A stretch of 64,000 nucleotides of DNA. It comes from Terriglobia bacterium (GTDB taxonomy: Bacteria; Acidobacteriota; Polarisedimenticolia; Polarisedimenticolales; JAIQFR01). The stretch lies in contig CAVVHE010000008.1 in NCBI GenBank assembly GCA_963748015.1, positions 512,001 to 576,000 of the forward strand, in the 5' to 3' direction. Of the stretch, positions 46,531 through 54,830 are shown piece by piece (within the stretch, counting starts at the first letter, position 1; each line of letters begins with the position of its first letter). The notes beneath the pieces are model-generated. The model ran no database searches, was not told the origin of the DNA, and worked only from the letters and a program-made list of their open reading frames with translations. Position numbers and translations under genes: made by a program.

Positions 46531-48579
46531 ATGCGCGCGAACCGCATCATCCTCTCGGCCTGCGTGGCGGTCCTTTCGATTCCGTGGTCCCGCGCTACGC
46601 TTTCGAAATACCTGCCCCCCGAGGGCCTGGCGGCCGCGGCGCCGCTCGTCGTCGAAGGGACCGTCTCGAGGACGGCCTCCGGCTACGATCCCGTGACCTC
46701 CGCCCTGGCGACGTACGTGACGGTGGAGATCGGCTTCGTCCATCGAGGGCCGGCGGACCTCGACCGGGTCGTTCTGCGCGAGCCCGGCGGACGGTTCGGC
46801 GACGTCGTCAACGAGATCGACGCGGTTCCGGTGTTCGAGCCCGGCGAGAGCGTCTTCCTCTTCCTGGAGCCGGCGGGAGACGGCGCCCTTCGCGTCGCGG
46901 GGATGTTCTACGGCAAGTTCACGCTCCTCGCGCAGGGCCCGCGCGGCGTCCGCGTCGCGCGGAGAAACCTCTCGGGCTCCGGCACGATTCCGGGGCCGCC
47001 TCTCGACGCGTTCGAGGAGCTTCCCGCGGGCCACCTCGAGTCGCTCGTCGCCGCGACCCCGTACTCCGGGCCTGCCGTGCGCCGGCGTGCGCGCGCGGCG
47101 CCGGCGCCCGCGGGGGGCGGTCGAGCGTCCTCGCAGGCGGATGGCTGGACCGCGGAGCCTCCCGAATTCGATCGTCTCGAGTGGGACCAGGTGCGGGAGG
47201 CGGCCGTGGACCTGTCCTCGATCTCGGAAACGGCGCCGCGGGCGCCGGCGGACGTCGTGCCGCCCGGCGGTGGGACGGACGTCCCGCAGTTCGTTCCGAT
47301 CTCCACGTCGAGCCCGACGCGCTGGCAGGAGGCGGACAGCTCGACCGCGATCTCCATCCAGATCCAGCCGACGGGAAACCCCATGAACAACGCCGCCGCC
47401 GCGGCCAACGAGATCAAGCGGGGCATGGCGGCGTGGACCAACGTGCCCGAGGCGCGCATCGTGCTGCAGGCCGGCAACGAGAACTACGACTTCACCGGGG
47501 CCAACGCGCAGAGCCCCACCGCGGCCTATCCGCCCGTGAACATCGTCCTGTTCAACGACCCCTACAACGAGATCACCGACCCGAGCGGCTGCTCGGGAGT
47601 GCTGGCGGTCGGCGGCTACTGGAGATCGGGGGCGATCGGCCGGACGGTGAACAACGTCGCGTTCTATCCGACCCTGAGGCAATACGTGGTCTTCAACAAC
47701 AACTTCCAGTGCTTCCTCGGGATCGCCGACAACCTCGCCGAGGTGGCCGCGCACGAGCTGGGGCACGGGATCGGCTTCGGGCACTCGGCGGTCAGCGACG
47801 CCACGATGCGGGCGACGGCGTACGGCAACGGGCGGGGGCCGCGCCTGGGCGACGACGACCGGGACGCCGCCCACTGCCACTACCCGCACGCGTTCACGAT
47901 CACCTCGCCGAACGGCGGAGAGTCGTGGGCGGCGGGAAGCGCGCAAAACGTCACCTGGACCGTCACCGCCGAGAGCGGGACGAGCGCTTCGACCGTGAAC
48001 ATCGAGTACTCGACCGACGCCGGGGCGACCTGGACGGTCGCCAGCGCCGGCGAGGCGAACGACGGCTCCGCCCCGTGGACCGTTCCGAGCATTGCCGGGA
48101 CGAGGAACCTCGTGCGGGTCGTGCGTCACAACCGGGTGTCGCCGACACCGTCCCCGTATCCCGAGGCCTGCAGCCAGGACGTCTCCAACTCCGCCTTCAC
48201 CATCACGGCGGCCCCCGCCCTCACGGCGGGGACGGCGGGAGACGGCGACCCCGGCTCCCCGCTCACGCTGGCGAAGGGCGCGGGCGGAAACGTCACCCTG
48301 GCGTGGGGCGCCTCCTGTTCGGGTACCGCGACGAACTACGCGATCTACGAGGGAACGCTCTCGGCCCTCCGCTCGGGAACGTGGAACCACGTCGCGCGGA
48401 CCTGCGCGGCGGGAACCGACCTCGCCGAGACCATCGCCCCGGGGAGCGACAGCGTCTACTACCTGGTCGCGCCGGTGGTCCCCGGTGCGGAAGGGCGGCT
48501 CGGCACGACCTCGGCCGGCGCGGAACGGCCGGCCTCCGCGTCCGCGTGCGCGCCGCGGGAAACAACATCCTGCTCGTAG
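46531..48579 (+). CDS. Secreted matrixin-like (M10/metzincin) metalloprotease with Ig-like domain and Cys-ending C-terminal domain
   Basis: HELGHGIGFGH zinc motif and ATM Met-turn; ITSPNGGESW...VNIEYSTD.G.TW module; signal peptide. Confidence 0.88.
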   Translation: MRANRIILSACVAVLSIPWSRATLSKYLPPEGLAAAAPLVVEGTVSRTASGYDPVTSALATYVTVEIGFVHRGPADLDRVVLREPGGRFGDVVNEIDAVPVFEPGESVFLFLEPAGDGALRVAGMFYGKFTLLAQGPRGVRVARRNLSGSGTIPGPPLDAFEELPAGHLESLVAATPYSGPAVRRRARAAPAPAGGGRASSQADGWTAEPPEFDRLEWDQVREAAVDLSSISETAPRAPADVVPPGGGTDVPQFVPISTSSPTRWQEADSSTAISIQIQPTGNPMNNAAAAANEIKRGMAAWTNVPEARIVLQAGNENYDFTGANAQSPTAAYPPVNIVLFNDPYNEITDPSGCSGVLAVGGYWRSGAIGRTVNNVAFYPTLRQYVVFNNNFQCFLGIADNLAEVAAHELGHGIGFGHSAVSDATMRATAYGNGRGPRLGDDDRDAAHCHYPHAFTITSPNGGESWAAGSAQNVTWTVTAESGTSASTVNIEYSTDAGATWTVASAGEANDGSAPWTVPSIAGTRNLVRVVRHNRVSPTPSPYPEACSQDVSNSAFTITAAPALTAGTAGDGDPGSPLTLAKGAGGNVTLAWGASCSGTATNYAIYEGTLSALRSGTWNHVARTCAAGTDLAETIAPGSDSVYYLVAPVVPGAEGRLGTTSAGAERPASASACAPRETTSCS

Positions 48580-48663
48580 ACGCGGGGCGCTTACAGCGCC
48601 GCTTGTGACCCGGCGCCCGGCGAAGCGGGCGTCCCCTCGCGGTCGACGCGGCGGTGTGCAACG

Positions 48664-50394
48664 ATGTCCCATCCCATGGACGAGCCCCCGCGGGACAGAT
48701 CCGTCTGGTTCTGGCGCGGCGCAACCTGCGCCGCCGCGGCGGTCTTCCTCGTGCTCTGCATCCTCGCGGCGCGCCGGGAGACGCCGACGATCGACGAGTT
48801 CGCCCATCTCCCCGCGGGCTGCAATTACTGGAAGCACGGGCAGCTCATCCTGTACGCGAAGAACCCGCCTCTCCTGAAGCTCTGGATGGCGCTCCCCGTC
48901 GTCGCGGACTCGCGCGTCGTGGTCCCGGTGTTCAGCGGCAACCCCCTGGCGTGGGGGCCCTGGGAATACGGCCAGAAGTTCATGGAGGCCAACCGGGCCC
49001 TCTACTTCGATCTCTTCTTCCGCGGCCGCCTGATGATCGTCCTGCTGGGGCTGGCCACCGGGGTGCTGATCTACTTCTGGGCGCGCCGGCTCCTGGGCGA
49101 GCGCGCCGCGGCGGTGGCCGCATCGCTCTTTTTTTGCTCGCCGACAGCCCTCGCGCACAGCCACCTGGCGACCGTGGACATCGGCTGCACGCTCACGATC
49201 CTCGTCGCCTGCCTCGCCCTGAGCTGGGCCTGCCGGCGGGGCGGGGCCGCGGCGATGGCGGTGCTGGGCTTGGCGCTGGGCGTCGCGCTCGCGGTCAAGT
49301 TCACCGCCCTTCTAATCGTCCCGGCGGCGCTCGTCCTTCTCGGGTGGAGCCGAGAGGCGGCACACGCTTCGCCGGGGAGGCGCGCCGCCATCTGGGCGCG
49401 CGATGGGGCAATCGTCGTCGTCGCGGCCCTTCTGGTGGTGAACGCGTCGTACGGTCTCAAGGGGTCTTTCCTGCGGCTCGATTCGTACCATTTCTACTCG
49501 CGGTTCTGTCTCGCCGTGCAGAACGCTCTGCCGGGCGTTCTGCCCGTGCCGGTGCCACGCGATTACGTCGTGGGCTTCGACGCGGTGAAGCGCGACACCG
49601 AATCCGGCGAGGAGTTCGGGAGCTACCTGCACGGCGAGTGGTCGCGGAAGGGCTGGTGGTACTACAACCTCGTGGCGCGGCTCGTGAAGACGCGGATCCC
49701 CGTGTTGCTCCTGGCCATCGCGGGGATCGCGATGTGGCGTCGAACCGGGGTGGTCGCCGCGGAGAATTGGCGGATCATCCTCCCGGCGGCGAGCCTCTAT
49801 CTCTTCCTTTCCGTCTTCAACAGAAGCGATACCGGCATACGCTACGTGCTGCCGCTGCACCCGTTCCTCCACCTCGCGACGGGGGCGGTCTTCGCGGCTT
49901 GGGGCGGCAGCGGGCGGTGGCGCTGGAAGGACGCGCTCGCGGCCTTCGTTCTCGTCACCAGCCCCGTGACGGCGGTCGCCGCCTACCCGGACGAGCTGGC
50001 GTACTTCAATGCCATCGCGGGCGGAACCGAGCGCGGCCACGAATGGCTTCTCGACTCGAATCTCGACTGGGGCCAGGACCTCTACCGCGTCCGCGAGGCG
50101 GTCTCGCGCCTCAAACCTTCGGGGCCGATCGGCTTGCTTTATTGCGGCCATGTGGATCCGGGGCTCTACGGGATCGAGTACTACCCCGTGCCGCCGGAGC
50201 CCGTCGAGGGCGTGCTCGCGGTGAGCGTCAACTTCGTCATGGGGATGCGTTACCTGGCCCCGGCCCCGGGCGGGAAGATCGCCTGGGTGGCGCCGGACCA
50301 CCTCGCCTGGCTGAAGGCGTACCGGCCCGTCGAGAAGCTCGGCTCCATCTGGATCTACGACACGAGGCGGGAACGAGAGGGACAGCAACCGTAA
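48664..50394 (+). CDS. GT39/ArnT-like membrane glycosyltransferase
   Basis: T.DE..H..AG, NPPL.K, AHS.LAT.D, ALAVKFT, GIRYVLP, LAYFN..AGG, LLDSNLDWGQD. Confidence 0.85.
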   Translation: MSHPMDEPPRDRSVWFWRGATCAAAAVFLVLCILAARRETPTIDEFAHLPAGCNYWKHGQLILYAKNPPLLKLWMALPVVADSRVVVPVFSGNPLAWGPWEYGQKFMEANRALYFDLFFRGRLMIVLLGLATGVLIYFWARRLLGERAAAVAASLFFCSPTALAHSHLATVDIGCTLTILVACLALSWACRRGGAAAMAVLGLALGVALAVKFTALLIVPAALVLLGWSREAAHASPGRRAAIWARDGAIVVVAALLVVNASYGLKGSFLRLDSYHFYSRFCLAVQNALPGVLPVPVPRDYVVGFDAVKRDTESGEEFGSYLHGEWSRKGWWYYNLVARLVKTRIPVLLLAIAGIAMWRRTGVVAAENWRIILPAASLYLFLSVFNRSDTGIRYVLPLHPFLHLATGAVFAAWGGSGRWRWKDALAAFVLVTSPVTAVAAYPDELAYFNAIAGGTERGHEWLLDSNLDWGQDLYRVREAVSRLKPSGPIGLLYCGHVDPGLYGIEYYPVPPEPVEGVLAVSVNFVMGMRYLAPAPGGKIAWVAPDHLAWLKAYRPVEKLGSIWIYDTRREREGQQP

Positions 50395-50463
50395 TGAACG
50401 GAGCAACGTGACGAACCACGACCGGTCGCTGTCGCGCTTTGCGGTTGCTGTCCCTCTCGTTCC
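50370..50463. repeat. 22-bp perfect inverted repeat with 50-bp spacer between convergent genes
   Basis: GGAACGAGAGGGACAGCAACCG (50370-50391) / CGGTTGCTGTCCCTCTCGTTCC (50442-50463). Confidence 0.85.
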
Positions 50464-50912
50464 TAGTACTTCTTCCGCATCCAGATCTCGGTGCCGCCCC
50501 CCTCGATGCGCACCTCGTCCATGAGCTGGTTGATCAGGTAGATCCCGCGGCCGTGCGACTCGAAGAGCCGCTCGCCGACGAGGGGGTTCGGCAGCTCTTC
50601 CGGAACGAAGCCCTCTCCCGGGTCCCGCACGATCAGGAGCATGCCGTGCTCCGGGTCGCATTCCAGCGTCACGCGGACCGACTTCGTCGGATCCCCCTTG
50701 CAGCCGTGCTTGATCGCGTTGGCGAGCGCCTCGTTCAGGGCGAGCTCGATCTCGAACTCGCTTCCGGCGGCGCAGTCCATGCTCCGGACCACCGTCATGA
50801 CGCGCCCGATGAAGCCGCCGAGGAGCTTGAGGTCGGCCGGCATGGTGACGTCGAGCTTGAGGGTGAGGTTCTCGGAGTCGAACTCTCGGCGAGGTCGCGG
50901 CTCGGTGCTCAT
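50463..50912 (-). CDS. RsbW-like anti-sigma factor / Ser-Thr kinase (HATPase_c)
   Basis: LAL.EALANAIKHG, VRDPGEGF, HGRGIYLI..LMDEV. Confidence 0.9.
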   Translation of the reverse strand: MSTEPRPRREFDSENLTLKLDVTMPADLKLLGGFIGRVMTVVRSMDCAAGSEFEIELALNEALANAIKHGCKGDPTKSVRVTLECDPEHGMLLIVRDPGEGFVPEELPNPLVGERLFESHGRGIYLINQLMDEVRIEGGGTEIWMRKKY

Positions 50913-51042
50913 TGTGCTTCCCCTCGAGGCAGGTGCGCTCTCGACCTGGACTCGACGTGGACCCGTTCGAAGAAAGTTTACCACCTCCTGGCGCCGCCGG
51001 GAGGATTGGCGGTAGCATTCGCGCCGCGGGGGGTCCTGAGCA

Positions 51043-51423
51043 TTGAGCGAGCAGCCCTTCAAGACGTGCGGGTCCTGCGGTTTCGAGTGGACCGACTGGC
51101 GGGGATTCGTGCTGGACCGGGGAGTGCGGCTGCTCGGCCTCCAGGCGGCCCCGGGCCTGGCGGACGCGAACGCGCTGGTCTTCGAGCACCGCTGTGGCTC
51201 GACGGTCTCCGTGCTGGCCTTCAGGCTGCGCGGCCTGCTCGGAGTCGAGGAGGCGGGGGCGGGGCTGCCCGACCTCTACGGCACCGCGACCTGCAACGGG
51301 CACTGCCGCTCGATCGAAGGCCTGGCACTCTGCGACCAGCCCTGCGGCAACGCGCGCGACCGCCGCCTCACGCTCCGGGTCGCGGAGATGATGGGCCAGG
51401 AGCCTGTCCGAGTAATCCCGTAG
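51043..51423 (+). CDS. Small Cys/His-rich putative metal-binding protein
   Basis: CGSC, H-R-C-G-S-T, C-N-G-H-C and C-D-Q-P-C motifs; GC-type codon usage; TTG start uncertain. Confidence 0.65.
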   Translation: MSEQPFKTCGSCGFEWTDWRGFVLDRGVRLLGLQAAPGLADANALVFEHRCGSTVSVLAFRLRGLLGVEEAGAGLPDLYGTATCNGHCRSIEGLALCDQPCGNARDRRLTLRVAEMMGQEPVRVIP

Positions 51424-51454
51424 GCCCACGGGATTACTCGGACAGGCTCCTGGC
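51395..51454. repeat. REP-like palindrome, copy 2 (empty IS110 target)
   Basis: Perfect 27-bp stem GCCAGGAGCCTGTCCGAGTAATCCCGT with a 6-nt loop AGGCCC, between convergent genes. Confidence 0.92.
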
Positions 51455-51467
51455 TTCGCGCCGCGCG

Positions 51468-52523
51468 CTAACCCAGCGCCGCGATCAGCCTCTCGGGGTG
51501 CTTCGCGTAGGCCGCGAGCGGCACGGTGCCGTTCGTGAGCGCCGTCAGCGTGTCGGTGAGCAGGCGGTTGACGGGCGTGGAGACGCCGGCGGCCTCGCCG
51601 TGACGCGCGACGGCGCCGTTCAGGTAGCCCACCTCGGATTGCCCCCGGCCGGAGTGGAGGTCGATGTGGAAGGAGGGCATCTTGCCCCCGCGGCCGCTCC
51701 CGACCGCGCGCGAGAGGAACGGGCGAGACAGCGCGAGGGGCAGGCGCGCCGCGAGGGCGAGCAGCCGGACGGGAGCTCCGGGGAGGTTCACGGGGCGGAT
51801 CCCGAGCGCGGCCATCACCCGGAGCGCCTCCCTCAGCTGCTCGACCTCGACGCGGTAAAGGGCCGGATCGGCGAAGATCTCCGCCGGGGTCATGTCGAGG
51901 ATCGCCGAGGTGGCGTTTGCGAGGAGGTTCGTGAGCAGCTTCGACCACTTCATGTCGTCGGCTCGCTCGAAGAGGCGCGCGTTGAGGCCGGCCTCGTTCA
52001 TGGACCGCGCGAGGCGCTCGGACAGCGGGTGTCCCGAGGCCACGCCCGTGCCGCGCAGCTTCTCCACCACGACGTCTCCCGCGGCGCGGCGTCCGACGGC
52101 GGTCGTCACCGTGCCGGCGATCACCCGCCGGCGGCCGAGCGCCTCGGCGAGGACCGCTTCGTTGTCCACGCCGTTCGAGAGACAGAGGACCGGCAGCGCC
52201 GGATCCCGGCCGAGGGAGGTCTCGGTCGCCGAGAGGAGCGACGGAACGTCAAAGGATTTCAGCGCCACGAGCGCGACGTCGAACCTCCCGGCGGCCAGGG
52301 CCTCCTCGGCCGACGCCGCGATGCGGAACGCCGGCCGCGGCACCTCGCGCACTGCTCCGTCCGCCGTCCGGATCCTGATGCCGGCCTTCTCGATCGCCGC
52401 TGCCGGCTCGGCCCGCTCGACGAAGACCGCCCGGTGCCCATGCAGCGCGAGGCTGCCGCCGACGTAGGTCCCGATCGCGCCGGCGCCGAACACGAGCACG
52501 TGAAGGGGATCCGCGACGTCCAT
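51468..52523 (-). CDS. panE: 2-dehydropantoate 2-reductase (ketopantoate reductase) family
   Basis: GAGAIG, VALKS, LSNG, KWSKLL.N, PS...D...G..SEV.YLNG. Confidence 0.88.
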   Translation of the reverse strand: MDVADPLHVLVFGAGAIGTYVGGSLALHGHRAVFVERAEPAAAIEKAGIRIRTADGAVREVPRPAFRIAASAEEALAAGRFDVALVALKSFDVPSLLSATETSLGRDPALPVLCLSNGVDNEAVLAEALGRRRVIAGTVTTAVGRRAAGDVVVEKLRGTGVASGHPLSERLARSMNEAGLNARLFERADDMKWSKLLTNLLANATSAILDMTPAEIFADPALYRVEVEQLREALRVMAALGIRPVNLPGAPVRLLALAARLPLALSRPFLSRAVGSGRGGKMPSFHIDLHSGRGQSEVGYLNGAVARHGEAAGVSTPVNRLLTDTLTALTNGTVPLAAYAKHPERLIAALG

Positions 52524-52546
52524 GACCGACCTCCCTCGCTCGGGCG

Positions 52547-54705
52547 TCAGCGTTGCGCCGGGGCCGGAGCCGCGACGGGTGGGACCTGCGATCCGTCCTC
52601 CCCAACCGCGCGGAGGAAGAACCCGAAGTCGTCGCCGGCCCTGCACGTCTTCACGACCACGTCGTTCCGTCCCGTGCGCAGTTCCACTCTCGCGCTCTTC
52701 TCCTCGAGGTGCGAGCTCACGCGACGGAGGTCGCCGAGCGCGAGCGGGGGACCGCCGGGCCTCCCGGGAGGCGGGTGGCGGTAGGGGGACGCCTCGAGGA
52801 CCGGCTCGCCGTTGAACCAGACCTTGATCTCGTCGTCGGTGGTCACGGAGAGCGTCGCGGCTCCCGGAGCGCTCGGCGCGAGGGTCGTCTCTGCCACCGC
52901 GCACGCGTCCGCGACGAACGGCGGCACGGCGAGCGAGCGGTCGAGGTTCACGAAGCCGGGCGCGCCGGAAAGCGCGAGTCCCGCGGCGGCCGGGCCCTGC
53001 GGAGCCGGCACGTTCTCCGACGGCGCGGTAGACGCGCCGGGCTCGGGGCCGAGGGGCACGTCGAAGAGCTTCCGCGCCGGGTCCGGATACCAGCCGGTCA
53101 CCTTGAAGCTCCCCAGCAGCGAGCCGTCGTCCTCGAGACGGAACACCGAGGCGGTGCGGTCCTCGTAGGCGAGGTGGAAGCGCGGGTCGCGTCGCGCGAT
53201 CGCGAGGAATCGCCGGTCCTTGGCACTCGCGCACACCCAGCGGCAGCGGAACGTCTCGCGGATGGGAGCGAAGACGTCGTCCACCCTACCCAGCGCGACG
53301 TCGGTCCACAGCCGGTACTTCGCCGCGTCGGTGACCAGCATGAGCGTGGAGTCCCAGCCGACGAGGCATTTGAGCTGCGGGTTGAAGAAGTAGATCTCCG
53401 CGTAGTCGTCCATCCAGAGGTGGAAGATCGTCTCGCCCCCGGGGACGTTTGCGCCCATCCAGGCCGAGGCGCCCTCGAACTGCGCGCTCTCCTCCTGGGC
53501 CGCCTCGCGCCGGTCCGCCTCGAAGTTGAACGCGAGCAGGGCGGCCATCGCGACGGCGCCGAGAACCGCCGCGAGGATCCACCCCCGGCTTCGCGAGGGA
53601 GGCGGCGCCCCCGGCGGCGCCGTCTCGCGGGCGAGCGCGTCCGGGGCCCCTTCCTCGAGGCGCTCGCTCTCGCGAGCGTCGCGAACGGCCACCGCGGCGA
53701 GGAGGATCGTGAAAGGCGCCCACATCTCGACGAACCGCTGGCTCAGCATCGTGAGGGCGAGGAAACCTCCGGACACCACCAGGAGGATCCGGGCGTCGGC
53801 CGAGACGCGCCGCGCGCGCGACAGGACGTAGGCGGCCGCGAGGAGCGCGAGGAAGACCCCCGCGTTGTTGACGAGGAGGTCGGAGGAGGGCAGGGGGCCG
53901 ACCTCGGTGACGGGGCGCAGCTCCGCCCCCCCGCCCACGCCGCCCACAGGACGCGGAAGTTGAGATCCCACCACAAGCGGATGTTGTGGGGGACGAACGG
54001 GCTCGCCAGCAGGCCGGCCGCCGTCCCGCCCAGCGTGAACAGGAACATCCGGAACCGGGACCCGCGCCCGCGCCCCGGAACCGGGTCGCGGTGAAGGTCG
54101 TTGAGAAGGGCCAGGCACGGGAGGAGGTGGAAAGACACGTGGGTGTTCGCGTAGACGGCCGCGAGGGCGAACGCCCACCACCCGCGCCCGAGCAGGACCG
54201 CGCACGTGCCGGCCAGCGCGACGGTCAGCGCGAGCACGAGCGAGCGGGTGAACGTGAGGCGGAAGAGGAAATCGGAGGAGCACGCGACCAGGACCAGCGT
54301 CCAGAGCAGGGGAGCCGGCGCCCGGAGGAGCCTCGCCACGAAGTAGAACGTGGCCATCGCCAGGCAGGCGAAGAAGACCGCTGCGAGCCTTGCCCCCGTC
54401 AGGAGGTCGCCGAACGTGAACGGGATCAGCAGGACGTGGTAGAGGAACTCCTTGTCGGCGAAGTGGTCTCGTAGGAACGTCTCCTGCCAGATCGGGTAGT
54501 GCCGCGAAGGGCCGTGCTCCCTGAGCACCTCGGCGTAACGGATATTGAACCAGCCGTCGCCGCAGTAGATGGGCGGGCCGGCGTACCGGATCGCCGCGAC
54601 GAGCGCGCCCGTGACGAGAACGGCCGCGAGCACGCCGGGAACCCAGGAGCGCACGCGGCTCCGCGCTCGCCCGGGATGCTCTCGATTCGTTTGCAGTGGG
54701 CTCAC
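52547..54705 (-). CDS. Multi-pass membrane protein, GT-C-like, with C-terminal beta-sandwich domain; frameshift in the C-run near 53926-53932
   Basis: DG.F.IRYA, D.EFLYH.LL.PF, many transmembrane helices; ORFs 53743..54705 and 52547..54283 join across a homopolymer. Confidence 0.6.
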
Positions 54706-54830
54706 CCCGCCGATCCCGCGAGGTACCGCACCGGCCCGCCTCCCGCTCCGGCGCGCCGGATGCTCGTCCTCGTTCCCAAAGTGAATTCGGATCTTACCCG
54801 GTGCGGGCGGGAGGGAGCAACGGGAGGAAG

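Noticed and set aside
53921..53935. Phase-variable poly-C tract in the GT-C-like gene
   Set aside because: A run of about seven C is common at this GC content and is a typical long-read error site; it cannot be supported without reads.
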